Assembly: GCA_963840855.1 (NCBI GenBank)
Contig: CAWJBB010000068.1
Span: 32,001-96,000, forward strand
DNA from: an uncultured delta proteobacterium
GTDB lineage: Bacteria; Desulfobacterota; Binatia; UBA9968
DNA: 64,000 bases
Direction of reading: 5' to 3'
The notes under the pieces were generated by a model. The model ran no database searches. It was not told where the DNA came from and saw nothing but the letters and a program-made list of their open reading frames with translations. Within the stretch, counting starts at the first letter, position 1. Every line of letters begins with the position of its first letter. A program made the position numbers and the translations under genes. Below, in pieces: positions 10,865-20,704 of the stretch.

Positions 10865-11356
10865 CTACATCTTGAACGATTCTGGATCGAATACCGCGCC
10901 GTTGAGCGTGTATTCGCTCTTTACCTCGGTCGGCTTTCGAATTGTCTGGATCACATAGCAACCCGCTTCAGCGTTACGAATGACCTTTGCGACTTTTTCC
11001 GGCGCCTCGCTGGACGTGATTTCACAGCGGGTTTCTACACCCAACCCGTCCGCTTGCAGCGTCTCGCGTAACACCGAGCCTTCGCTTTTGAATTTTGCCG
11101 TGACCAACACTTTCGCTTTGTCGATGTGCGTTTTTAGCATTTCCCCGTACCGGGAAATTTGCGTGAGCAGTCAAAACCCAATTGACAGGCCGAAGTACGC
11201 CAACGGCGGCGGCGCGGTATTGTCACCGCCGATGCGCTCGCCTTCGTCGCAATAAACCGTAAAGCCACGGGCGTGCCCTTCCTTGCGCATTCGCTTCAAG
11301 GTCTGCGCGTCCGCTTCCAGGGCGATTTCCCGTTTTATCTGGACATCTTCAGCCAT
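10865..11356 (-). CDS. OsmC-like probable selenoprotein (UGA at 11171-11173 read as Sec)
   Basis: ORFs 11171-11368 and 10865-11140 are in one frame: CDEG…GGDNTAPPPLAYFGLSIGF-UGA-LLTQISRY…AEAGCY; GGAGG SD before MAEDV. Confidence 0.85.
11137..11162 (-). promoter_or_regulatory. Putative bacterial SECIS hairpin
   Basis: mRNA GCAAAUUUCCC-GGUACG-GGGAAAUGC; G-starting apical loop begins about 19 nt after the UGA. Confidence 0.65.
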
Positions 11357-11433
11357 GGTTCCTCCCAATTTTGTTTCCGTTGTTCATGAACCGGCGCCAA
11401 TATATTCAGAATATTTACCGTTGCCAATATCCT

Positions 11434-12513
11434 TTAATGACTTTCCTCGCCGACCCCGGTTTTGCCGTATTCTTCGGCATAGAGATCGAGCAGCACCCGC
11501 AGCAGCGCGAACAGCGCCGGTCCGAGAATGATGCCAACGGCGCCGAAAAGCGCCAGTCCGCCGAGAATACCGAAGAAAAGAAACAACACCGGCAATCCAA
11601 GCCGATTGCCGATCAGCAAAGGTTTGAGAATATTGTCGACCATGCCGACGACTCCGAGGCTCCAGATCAGTAGCCCAATGCCTCTAAGGGTTTCTCCCTG
11701 CAAGAACAAATAAATCGACACCGGCACCGATACGAGCGCCGAACCGCCGATGGGCAATAGCGCGAAAAATCCCGTGATTACCCCCCATAGAACCGAAAAC
11801 GGGACACCGACCACCCAATATGCCAAACCAGCCAGTAACCCCTGGACCATCGCCACCACCAACGAACCCTGCACCACCGCGAGAACCGCATCGACGATGT
11901 TCTTGAGCAGACGCTGTTGATGCTCGCGGTCCATGGGTAGGAGATGTTGAATTTTTCGCAAAAAGTCAGCGCCGTCGCGCAGCATAAAAAACAGCGTGAA
12001 CAAAACAACGACGAAATTGACGGTGAACATCAGCACGTTTTGCGCGATACCTTTAACCTGGCCCACCAAAAACCCCGATGAAACCTGGACCCCTTGAACC
12101 AGCGCTTCCTTCCAGTCGATTTTGAAATCCATCAGTTGGAACGAAACCATGTTCCACCAGCCCAACAGTTTCTGGACCCAGGGCCGAGCCAACCATTCTT
12201 GTTTGCCATCGTCATCCAACAGCGCGCCCACCGACTTGACCAGCGCGGCTGCGTCGTCGGAGAGAAACCAAGCGATTTCAAAACCGGGTGCGATGACCAG
12301 CAGGGTGATGAGCACGACAACAACGATAGCGGCGAGCGTCGCCCGCCCACGTAAGCGCCCGAGCAACCAGGCATAAAACGGATGGACCAAGATGGCGAGG
12401 ATCGCCGCCCAGGTAATAGCGGCCAGGAACGGCGATAGTATCAAGAAGGCAGTGTAAAGAATGAGCGCCAAAAGCGCGAAGAAAAAAGCGGTCACGAGCC
12501 AGTTTGGGTTCAC
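11434..12513 (-). CDS. AI-2E family transporter
   Basis: Multi-TM protein with DNILKPLLIG and GGLALFG…GIILGP motifs. Confidence 0.9.
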   Translation of the reverse strand: MNPNWLVTAFFFALLALILYTAFLILSPFLAAITWAAILAILVHPFYAWLLGRLRGRATLAAIVVVVLITLLVIAPGFEIAWFLSDDAAALVKSVGALLDDDGKQEWLARPWVQKLLGWWNMVSFQLMDFKIDWKEALVQGVQVSSGFLVGQVKGIAQNVLMFTVNFVVVLFTLFFMLRDGADFLRKIQHLLPMDREHQQRLLKNIVDAVLAVVQGSLVVAMVQGLLAGLAYWVVGVPFSVLWGVITGFFALLPIGGSALVSVPVSIYLFLQGETLRGIGLLIWSLGVVGMVDNILKPLLIGNRLGLPVLFLFFGILGGLALFGAVGIILGPALFALLRVLLDLYAEEYGKTGVGEESH

Positions 12514-12837
12514 GATTGATATCTCTTCTCGATGACTTTAACTGTACGCAGAAGGCTGCGGGCCTTCAAGCGCACGGGATTTCAGGCGCGCAGCGTCTCG
12601 AGAAACGTTCGTCAACGTACTCAAAAAGCGCGATGGCGAGGCGCGAGGCGATGGATGTTTCGACGGGGCTGGTCGCGACCGTTCGCACTTGAGGCTCTCA
12701 AAGCGGGCGATTGAGCCCACGAAGCAAGAATCTTTTTCAGCAGCCTGCGAGATTGCCGACCAGCGATTTGGCGTAGTATAAGGATGGTCCAAAGGAAAGC
12801 TCGAAGCATGCTTACGGCGATTTAAAACAGCAATGGT

Positions 12838-14181
12838 ATGCCCAACAAAATTTTGATCGTTGACGACGAGCCGTTTAACCTCGATCTCCTCGAACAGGAG
12901 CTCACGGAACTCGGCTATGCCATCGAGCGAGCGAGCAACGGCGCCGAGGCTCTGCAACTCGTTGACAAGAATAGCCCAGATCTGGTTCTGCTCGATTACC
13001 AGATGCCCGACATGAACGGCATCGAGGTGCTACGCGCCATTCGCCAGGACAACGGCGATCTACCGGTGGTGATCATTACCGCGCACGGCAGTATCGAACG
13101 CGCGGTGGAGGCCGTCAAAGCCCGCGCCGACGACTTCATTACCAAGCCCTTCGATCCCGAGCATCTGGCCTTGGTGGTAAAAAAATGTTTGGAGCGCGCC
13201 CAGCTCAAATCCGACGTCGAGTTCTTCGCTCAAGAACTCGGTGGCCGCAGCCGCCTGATCTCCGGAAACAGCGCGGCGATGCTGCGAATCGTCGCGGAGG
13301 CGAAAAAGGCCGCCACCAGCAAATCCACGGTTCTACTGCTCGGTGAAAGCGGCACCGGCAAGGAACTCTTCGCCAGATCAATGCATGAATGGAGCGAGCG
13401 CAGATTGAAGCCCTTCGTCGCCATCAACTGCGCCGGTCTGGCCAAAGAGCTGCTGGAGAGCGAGTTGTTCGGGCATGAGAAAGGCGCTTTCACGGGAGCT
13501 CATCAATTGAAAAAAGGCAAGCTGGAGCTGGCGCATGGCGGCACGGCGTTTCTCGACGAGATTGGCGAGCTCGCGCTGGAGTTGCAAACCAAGCTCCTGC
13601 GTTTCCTTCAAGAACGAGAATTTGAGCGGGTCGGCGGAACGGCGCCCATCGAGGTGGATTTGCGCATCATCGCCGCTACCAATAGCGATCTTGAAGCGGC
13701 GGTTAAAGCCGGGACGTTCCGCCACGATCTCTTTCATCGCCTCAACGTCATCGCGCTCACCCTCCCGCCGCTGCGCGAAAGAAAAGAGGATATTCCGGCT
13801 CTGGCAGATTATTTCCTGCAGAGATTTTCTTTGGAGACAAAAAAACACTTCGCGGCGATTGCCGACGCCGCGCAGGAGAAACTCCTGGCTTACGGCTGGC
13901 CCGGCAACGTCCGCGAGCTCGCAAACGTCATTGAACGGGCGGTCGTCTTGGGCGATGGGCCGCAGTTAACGCTGCATCACCTCCCCGCCCGTGTGGTCGG
14001 CGCACAACCGGTCGGCGCTATGAATCAGTCGTCGTTCCATGACGCCATCAATAGCTACCGGCGCGAGCTGATCGTCCGCGCGCTCGCCGACGCTCAAGGG
14101 AACCGCGCCGCCGCCGCCAAAGCGCTCGGCCTGCACCGCACCCATCTGATGAAACTGCTCAAAGCGCTTCAGATAACTTAG
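12838..14181 (+). CDS. Sigma54-dependent response regulator (REC-AAA+-HTH, NtrC family)
   Basis: REC domain, GESGTGKE, ESELFGHEKGAFTGA, WPGNVREL and Fis-type HTH. Confidence 0.95.
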   Translation: MPNKILIVDDEPFNLDLLEQELTELGYAIERASNGAEALQLVDKNSPDLVLLDYQMPDMNGIEVLRAIRQDNGDLPVVIITAHGSIERAVEAVKARADDFITKPFDPEHLALVVKKCLERAQLKSDVEFFAQELGGRSRLISGNSAAMLRIVAEAKKAATSKSTVLLLGESGTGKELFARSMHEWSERRLKPFVAINCAGLAKELLESELFGHEKGAFTGAHQLKKGKLELAHGGTAFLDEIGELALELQTKLLRFLQEREFERVGGTAPIEVDLRIIAATNSDLEAAVKAGTFRHDLFHRLNVIALTLPPLRERKEDIPALADYFLQRFSLETKKHFAAIADAAQEKLLAYGWPGNVRELANVIERAVVLGDGPQLTLHHLPARVVGAQPVGAMNQSSFHDAINSYRRELIVRALADAQGNRAAAAKALGLHRTHLMKLLKALQIT

Positions 14182-14201
14182 AAGAAGTCGAGGAGTGCAG
14201 G

Positions 14202-14240
14202 TGTCGCACTCTTGCTACAGGGTGTATCAAATCGACTACA
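14202..14240. promoter_or_regulatory. Tandem enhancer-like sites (two TGT-N12-ACA, 21 bp apart)
   Basis: TGTCGCACTCTTGCTACA at 14202-14219 and TGTATCAAATCGACTACA at 14223-14240. Confidence 0.6.
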
Positions 14241-14338
14241 CTAACCGCGGCCTAGGGCCAATAACCTCGCTGACTGCCGCTGGCAATTGTTTAAGGAATT
14301 CAATGGCTTATTTCACAAACTGGGATATATCTAGCGTC

Positions 14339-14354
14339 TGGTATAGGTCTTGCG
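14339..14354 (+). promoter_or_regulatory. Sigma54 -24/-12 promoter
   Basis: TGGTATAGGTCTTGCG has GG-N10-GC spacing; near-IHF ATTCAATGGCTTA at 14298-14310 upstream. Confidence 0.65.
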
Positions 14355-14467
14355 CTGGAAATCAGTTCTGGGTGATTTACGACGATCAACAGGCCCAGCA
14401 CCCCAGGTTCAAATTTTTCGCTGCTGGAACGCACCATGCAGCCATGCCGGAAGGCTACGCAAAATTT

Positions 14468-15443
14468 ATGATTAAGAAGATTTTTTTTATTACCGTCCTT
14501 TCGTTTTACTCGTTCAATTTTTCCGCCACGGCGCAGCCAGCAAAGCCATACCGCATCGGCGTTATTCTTCCCGGCGGACCGCTGCACGAGGCAATCGACG
14601 GGCTCAGGGACGGCCTCAGAGAGCTCGGCCTTGAAGAAGGCAAACAATTTGCACTGACGATTCGGGATACAAAGGGCGACGCCAAGGAGGGCGAAGCGGC
14701 GGCGAAGAATTTTGAGCAAGAGAAGGTGAGTTTGATATACGCGCTCAGCCACCTCTGTCACAACGGCGGCAAAGGGGGCGACTGCGAGTATCCCGATCGT
14801 ATTCGGCGTCGGCAGCGATCCGGTCGCCGGCGGGGTCATGGATAGTATTTGCGAAACCCGGCGGAAGGCTTACGGGCGTCCACTACCTGGTCACGGACCT
14901 TACGGCGAAGCGCCTTGAGATCCTGAAAGAGATTCTTCCGAAGCTCAGCCGCGTGGTGACGTTCTACAATCCGGGAAACCGTGTTGCCACAGAAGGCAGC
15001 TGAGTCGGGACGCGAGGAAGCAAAGCGGCTGGGGCTCAAGTTCATCGAGAGACACGTTCCCTCCGTCGAGGAACTTCGCGAAGGCGCTGCAGGCGCTCAA
15101 GACCGGCGAGGTAGATGCTTATTTCTATACCTCGGACGCGATGGTGACCAGCCAGGCTCAACTGATCATCGACACGGCGAAGGCCAAGAAGTTGGCGACG
15201 ATGTTCCACGAGCAAAGCCTCGTCACCAAGGGAGCCCTTGCCAGCTACGGCCAGAACTTCCATGAAATCGGCCGCGCGTCGGCGAAGTATGTGCAGCGGA
15301 TTCTGAACGGCGCCCATCCCCGTGATCTACGAATGGAGACCATTGAGAATATGGAACTGGCGATCAACCTTCAGACGGCAAAACAGCTGGGACTCACCAT
15401 CCCGCCGCAGGTGCTGGCGCGAGCGAAGAAGGTGATCAAGTAG
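14468..15443 (+). CDS. Orphan ABC-type substrate-binding protein (ABC_sub_bind/DUF534), frameshifted
   Basis: Signal peptide, RIGV…GLRELG, ASYG…YVQRIL.GA.P and INLQTAKQLGLTIPPQVLARAKKVIK across three frames. Confidence 0.85.
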
Positions 15444-15537
15444 GCAAGCGGCGCGAGGCGGCAGGCAACAGGAAGAAATTTTAGATTTTCGATTTTGGAT
15501 TGAGAGGACCAAGTACATGACGAATCGGCCGGATGCG

Positions 15538-15643
15538 AGCAACCAACGAACTTTGAGTTTGTAATCAATCTGAAAACGCCAAACAGATCGGCCTGACGAT
15601 TCCGCCGAATGTGTTGGCGCGAGCGGACAGGGTGATTCGATAG
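15538..15643 (+). pseudogene. Isolated 3'-end fragment of an ABC_sub_bind gene (repeat copy 1)
   Basis: Translates as EQPTNFEFVINLKT/KQIGLTIPPNVLARADRVIR*; contains a 30-bp core at 15584-15613. Confidence 0.8.
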
Positions 15644-15704
15644 GCGTGAGGCGAAAGGCGTGAGAGGCAAGGAGATGCCAAGACGACTGAGTTCCTACTT
15701 CGGA

Positions 15705-16118
15705 TTAAGGGATTATCTCGAAGGCTCGATTCCGATTCATTCGATACGTGGAAAAGCCGCGGCGATCCAGCGTGAAAATCCAGTTTGTTCCCAACTCTTC
15801 GCCCAACACAACCAAGGTGGCGTCGGCAAAATCCATTGGGACATTGCGATATCTCTCCATCAGAGCCGTAACCCGCTGCAAGCTTTTCGCCGAGGACGGA
15901 ACCAAGTGAAAAGCGCCTCTGAGAACAAACTCAAGGCAAACTTTCTGCGCGCGCCACTGGGGTCCGACCAAATAGAGCGTTTCGGTCAACACGGCTTCAG
16001 TGGTGACGACAGGGCCGGTCCAGTTCTCCAACGCCGCTACGCAGTCACCGTGCAGCTTCTCGTCCCGATCCACGAGCGCCACGAAAGCCCCGGTATCCAA
16101 CAACAGTTCATCTTCCAC
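15705..16118 (-). CDS. vapC: PIN-domain toxin (VapC family)
   Basis: LLDTG…VLTE…MDFADA…FTLDRRGF. Confidence 0.9.
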   Translation of the reverse strand: MEDELLLDTGAFVALVDRDEKLHGDCVAALENWTGPVVTTEAVLTETLYLVGPQWRAQKVCLEFVLRGAFHLVPSSAKSLQRVTALMERYRNVPMDFADATLVVLGEELGTNWIFTLDRRGFSTYRMNRNRAFEIIP

Positions 16119-16357
16119 GGCGCAATCGATGGATCAGATAGTCGCGGTGGCGTTGCCCGAGATCGGAGCGGCCGCTGGCAATACTTGCCGAGCAAATCGC
16201 GCACACGCTCGATGGGGCGCACTTCCGGCTGGGTGTCCAGATATTGCTCCAAAGCCTCGCGCACCACTTCTGAACGCTTGCGCTTCAAGCGCTTGGCCGA
16301 CCGCTCGAGCTTTGCGGCTAAGTCCGCGGGCAGGCGCATGCTCAATTGCCGTTCCAT
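16108..16357 (-). CDS. Ribbon-helix-helix antitoxin (CopG/VapB-like), frameshift near 16185
   Basis: SMRLPADLAAKLERSAKRLKRKRSEVVREALEQYL; corrected frame ends SGRSDLGQRHRDYLIHRLRRGR* overlapping the toxin start. Confidence 0.85.
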
Positions 16358-16431
16358 ATGCTTTGCCTCCTAGTGCAATACAATGTAATGCAAAGTGGTA
16401 CAAAAGTCCATTCGTACCGAGTAGTCTGGAA

Positions 16432-16500
16432 CAGATCGGCCTGACGATTCCGCCGAATGTGCTGGTGAGGGCGGATAGGGTGATTCGAATAGGCGTGAGG
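16432..16500 (+). repeat. Second copy of the ABC_sub_bind 3'-end repeat
   Basis: CAGATCGGCCTGACGATTCCGCCGAATGTG is identical to 15584-15613 and 17536-17565; also shares GGGTGATTCGA(A)TAGGCGTGAGG with copy 1. Confidence 0.85.
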
Positions 16501-16572
16501 CACGAGGCGGATAGGCGAGAGGAAGAATTCGGATTGAAGCAGAAAATCATGGTTAGGAAATCATGATGCGAT

Positions 16573-17595
16573 TTGCACATCTTTTCCGCAGAATCTAAAA
16601 GCGGCAATCCAAAATCTAAAATGGGTGGCGATCTTCGCTATCGTCTCTCAGTCGCCATCGGTGGGGTGGCGGCCACGGCGCAGGAGCCGGCGAAGGTCTG
16701 GCGGATCGGTGTGCTGGTCTCAAGCTCTGCATCCTTGAATGCGTCCCGTGACGAAGCTCTCCGGCAAGGCTTACGCGAGATGGGTTATGTGGAGGGCAAG
16801 AACATCATCATGGAGTTCCGCTATGCCGACGGTAAACTGGATCGTCTTTCTGAGCTGGCCGCCGATCTGGTTCGCTCCAGGCCCGACCTTATCCTTGTCG
16901 GCGGCACCAGGGTGGCTGTTGCCGCCAAGCAAGCAACCGGCACAATCCCGATCGTCGTGGCGGGGGCCGGCGATCTTGTTGCGGCCGGAGTGGTTGACAA
17001 CCTCAACCGTCCCGGCGGCAACGTCACCGGGGTGTCCAGGCTTTCCCCGGAAATTCTCGGCACGCGAGTGGAGCTGCTCAAAGAAGTCATTCCAAAGGCC
17101 ACGCGCATAGCAACCCTCTTGAATCCTGAAAACCCTGGAAACGCGTCCAGTTTGAGAGAGATCGAGCTTGATGCGCTGGCGTGGGGAATGAGGCTCCAAG
17201 TGCTTGCTGCCCGCAGTCCCGATGACCTGGCAAGCGCCTTCAGAGCTGCGGTCAAGGAAAATTGCAGCGCTCTCATTGTCATGGTCGATGCCCTCTTCAG
17301 TAGCAACCGATCATCGATTGTCGAATTGGCGGTTAAGCATCGCCTGCCCGCGATCTATGACAGAGCCGAGTTTGCCGACGCTGGCGGACTGATTAGCTAT
17401 GGGATGAACTTGGCCGATCTGTCCCGGCGCGCCGCTTGGTATGTGGATCAGATTATAAAAGGCGCCAAGCCCGAGAAGTTGCCGCTAACGGAGCCGGCCA
17501 AGTTCGAGCTGATTATCAACCTCGAAGCCGCGAAGCAGATCGGCCTGACGATTCCGCCGAATGTGCTGGCAAGAGCAGACCGAGTGATCAGATGA
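16573..17595 (+). CDS. Orphan ABC-type substrate-binding protein (ABC_sub_bind); start uncertain
   Basis: RIGVL, GLREMGYVEGKNI, RPGGNVTG, GGLISYG and KQIGLTIPPNVLARADRVIR. Confidence 0.9.
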   Translation: MHIFSAESKSGNPKSKMGGDLRYRLSVAIGGVAATAQEPAKVWRIGVLVSSSASLNASRDEALRQGLREMGYVEGKNIIMEFRYADGKLDRLSELAADLVRSRPDLILVGGTRVAVAAKQATGTIPIVVAGAGDLVAAGVVDNLNRPGGNVTGVSRLSPEILGTRVELLKEVIPKATRIATLLNPENPGNASSLREIELDALAWGMRLQVLAARSPDDLASAFRAAVKENCSALIVMVDALFSSNRSSIVELAVKHRLPAIYDRAEFADAGGLISYGMNLADLSRRAAWYVDQIIKGAKPEKLPLTEPAKFELIINLEAAKQIGLTIPPNVLARADRVIR

Positions 17596-17744
17596 TTGCA
17601 AAATCTAAAATCGGGGCGGGCGATAGCTGATTCGGCCGGGATAAGACTAAAGGTTGGAGTCGACAAGCAATTGTGGATGTAGAGAGTATCGTGTAAGAGT
17701 CGAGAACCGGAACCGATGAAGATTGAAAAGGGATAAGCGCGTCA

Positions 17745-20162
17745 TTGGGAATTTGGAGAAGTGAGCGAAAATTGAAATTTCGCGAATTACCCCTGATAAG
17801 ATTGTTTACCGGGCGCCAGCGGGCCCGTTTGATGCGCGACTATTTTCTTATCTCCGTGCTGCTGGTGGGCGGCGGGCTGACCGCCAGCGGACTGATCGAG
17901 ATCTACTTCCGTTATCAGGAGAGCCAACAGCATTTGGCTCATTTGCAGCGGGAAATCGCCGCCGGCGCGGCCGTCAAAATCGAACGTTTCGTGCAAGAGA
18001 TCCACAACACTCTTAAAGGAGCGACGCGGAGCCGGGAGATCGCGCCGAAGGGTCTAACCACGGAATTTCGCTTTGAGCTGGAAAAACTCCTGCTGATCGC
18101 GCCGGCAATAACGGAAGCTCTCGCGCTCAATCAGTCGGGCGCGATCCAAGTCCAGGCATCGCGGTTACGCACAGTGCTTCCCGAAATCAAGAAAGATCTT
18201 GCGATCTCGCCGGCGTTCCTCCACGCCAAACAAGGCAAATCTTTTTTCGGAACCGTTTACTTCGTGCGCGGCTCCGAACCTTACATGACCATCGCCGTGC
18301 CCATCGAGCGTTTCGCTGGCGACGTCATCGGCGTACTCCAAGCCGAAGTCAACCTCAAGTACATCGGCGATGTGGTCACCAATCTCACCATCGGCAAAGC
18401 CGGGTATGCCTATGTCATCAGCCGCAGCGGCGAACTCATCGCCCATCCCGATATCAGTCTCGTTCTTCAACGCCGTAACGTTTCCCTGCTCGAGTCCACT
18501 AAGGCGGCATTCAGCGGCAAAAGCGGCATTAGCAGCCAACACGCCCTTGTGACTCCCAACATCCAGGGTAAAAATGTTCTGAGTTCCTCCGCGCTCATCC
18601 CCGGTCTCGACTGGGCGATCATCGTCGATCGGCCGGTGGAAGAGGCGTACGAACCCGTCTATGCATCGATGCTCAGGACTTCGGGCCTGCTCCTAGTCGG
18701 CCTCGGCATGGCGCTGATCGCGAGCTTGTTCCTGGCCCGGCGAGTCGTCCGTCCGGTGCGGATTCTCCGCGAGGGCGTGGAGCGCATCGGCACCGGCGAC
18801 TTGAGTTACCGGCTCGATCTGAAGACCGGCGACGAGATCGAAGTCTTGGCCGACGAATTCAACAAAATGACTTCTCGGCTGCGAGAGTCCTACGCCAACT
18901 TGGAGCACAAGGTCGAAGACCGCACGCGCGAGTTGACGGAATCTTTGGCGCAACAAACGGCGACCAGCGAGATTCTCGGAATCATCGCGAGTTCACCGAC
19001 TGACCTTCAGCCGGTCTTGGATGCTCTGGCTGAAAGCGCCGCGAGACTATGCGATGCCAATAGCGCGCAAATTTATCGCGCCGACGGAAATACCCTGAGA
19101 CTGGCGGCCTACCATGGATCACTTCCGGCAACTGAAGAGATTCCGATTGTCCGAAGCTCGGTCGCGGGCCGCGTGTTTCTCGACCGTCGAACCATTCATA
19201 TTGAAGATCTGGCAGCAGAAGTCGAAACCGAATTTCCCGCCGCCAAGCAGGCGCAAGAACGCTTCGGGTATCGAACTTTGCTCGCCACACCGTTGTTGCG
19301 TGAAGGAATTGCCCTGGGTGTCATAGGGATCCGCCGAACCGAGGTGCGTCCTTTCACAGATAAACAAACAGCTCTGCTAAAAACTTTCGCCGACCAGGCG
19401 GTGATTGCCATTGAAAACGTTCGCCTGTTCCAAGAACTGGGCGAAAAAAACGAACAGCTGGAAGTCGCCAGCAAACACAAGTCGCAATTTCTCGCCAACG
19501 TCAGCCACGAGCTGCGCACGCCGCTCAATTCGATTATCGGTTTCACCAGGATCGTCCTGCGCCGGTCCGAAGGAAAGATCGACGTTTTGCAGAAAGAAAA
19601 TCTGCAAAAAGTTTTGATCAGCGCCGAGCATCTGCTCAACCTGATCAACGGTTTGCTCGACCTGGCCAAAATCGAAGCCGGGCGCATGGAAATCTACGCC
19701 GAGACATTCAAGCTGGAAGAAATCGTCCGCATCGCCACTGCAACGGTCGAACCCATGCTGAGAAACGGTAACGTGCGCTTGGTCACTGAAATTGCCGCCG
19801 ATCTACCCCTGATCAAAACCGACCGCGACAAGCTCAAACAGGTGGTCCTCAATCTGCTCAGCAACTCGGCGAAATTTACCGAGAAAGGCGAGATCAAAGT
19901 CGCCGCGTGGACAGTGAATGGGTCGATGAAGCTTGCGGTGTCGGACACCGGCATCGGCATGAACCACGACGCAATCAATTATATATTCGAAGAATTTCGC
20001 CAGGTCGATATGTCGACGACGCGCAAATACGGCGGCACGGGACTCGGCCTGGCCATCGTCAAACGGCTCACGAATCTGCTCGGCGGCGACATTGCTGTCG
20101 AGAGCGAAGAAGGAAAAGGGACGAAGTTCACCGTGACACTGCCGATGGAACTGAAAAGTTAG
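17745..20162 (+). CDS. Sensor histidine kinase (Cache-HAMP-GAF-HisKA-HATPase)
   Basis: Two TMs flanking a Cache domain, GDEIEVLADEFN HAMP, TFADQAVIAIEN GAF, SHELRTPL and GTGLGL. Confidence 0.95.
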   Translation: MGIWRSERKLKFRELPLIRLFTGRQRARLMRDYFLISVLLVGGGLTASGLIEIYFRYQESQQHLAHLQREIAAGAAVKIERFVQEIHNTLKGATRSREIAPKGLTTEFRFELEKLLLIAPAITEALALNQSGAIQVQASRLRTVLPEIKKDLAISPAFLHAKQGKSFFGTVYFVRGSEPYMTIAVPIERFAGDVIGVLQAEVNLKYIGDVVTNLTIGKAGYAYVISRSGELIAHPDISLVLQRRNVSLLESTKAAFSGKSGISSQHALVTPNIQGKNVLSSSALIPGLDWAIIVDRPVEEAYEPVYASMLRTSGLLLVGLGMALIASLFLARRVVRPVRILREGVERIGTGDLSYRLDLKTGDEIEVLADEFNKMTSRLRESYANLEHKVEDRTRELTESLAQQTATSEILGIIASSPTDLQPVLDALAESAARLCDANSAQIYRADGNTLRLAAYHGSLPATEEIPIVRSSVAGRVFLDRRTIHIEDLAAEVETEFPAAKQAQERFGYRTLLATPLLREGIALGVIGIRRTEVRPFTDKQTALLKTFADQAVIAIENVRLFQELGEKNEQLEVASKHKSQFLANVSHELRTPLNSIIGFTRIVLRRSEGKIDVLQKENLQKVLISAEHLLNLINGLLDLAKIEAGRMEIYAETFKLEEIVRIATATVEPMLRNGNVRLVTEIAADLPLIKTDRDKLKQVVLNLLSNSAKFTEKGEIKVAAWTVNGSMKLAVSDTGIGMNHDAINYIFEEFRQVDMSTTRKYGGTGLGLAIVKRLTNLLGGDIAVESEEGKGTKFTVTLPMELKS

Positions 20163-20265
20163 GGGTAAACAGTGAGGAGTGAAGCGAGAAGTAAGGGTGA
20201 GGCGAGATCCCCTGTCTTTCGCTTCTAAATCCAGACTCCTTGCCCAAACTGGAAAGGGAAGACCT

Positions 20266-20633
20266 ATGTCCAAAAAAAAAATCCTCGTAGTCGATGACAC
20301 CGATTTTAACCGCGATCTCGTCGTGCAGTTGTTGGAGGACGAGTACGACATGGTGATCGCGGAGAACGGCGAAGAGGCGCTGCAAAAGAGCGAAAGCGGA
20401 AAGACCGGATCTTGATCTTGATGGACCTCGGCATGCCGGTGATGGACGGCTGGGAAGCGACCAGAATATTGAAGGCCAATGACAATCTCAAGCACATTCC
20501 GATCATCGCCGTGACCTCCCACGCCATGGTCGGCGACGAGATCGACGCCCGCAAGGCCGGCTGCGATGATTATCTGCCGAAACCGATCGACGAAGACCTT
20601 CTGCTCAGAAAGATTAGGAAGTATCTCGGATAG
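20266..20633 (+). CDS. Single-domain response regulator (DivK-like), frameshift near 20400
   Basis: MSKKKILVVDD… then LILMDLGMPVMDGWEA…AGCDDYLPKP. Confidence 0.9.
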
Positions 20634-20704
20634 TTTTGGATTTGCGTTTTGCGATACATGGATGGAGCCTATCTACACAACGCTTGGATTGGAGAAGAAA
20701 AACG

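Noticed and set aside
15327-15670. Minus-strand ORFs (…LLDHLLRSRQHLRRDG…, …HPVRSRQHIRRNRQAD…)
   Set aside because: They are antisense shadows of ABC_sub_bind C-termini
15584-17565. 30-bp direct repeats as a CRISPR array
   Set aside because: Spacing is about 850-1100 bp, the repeat is protein-coding sequence, and there are no cas genes
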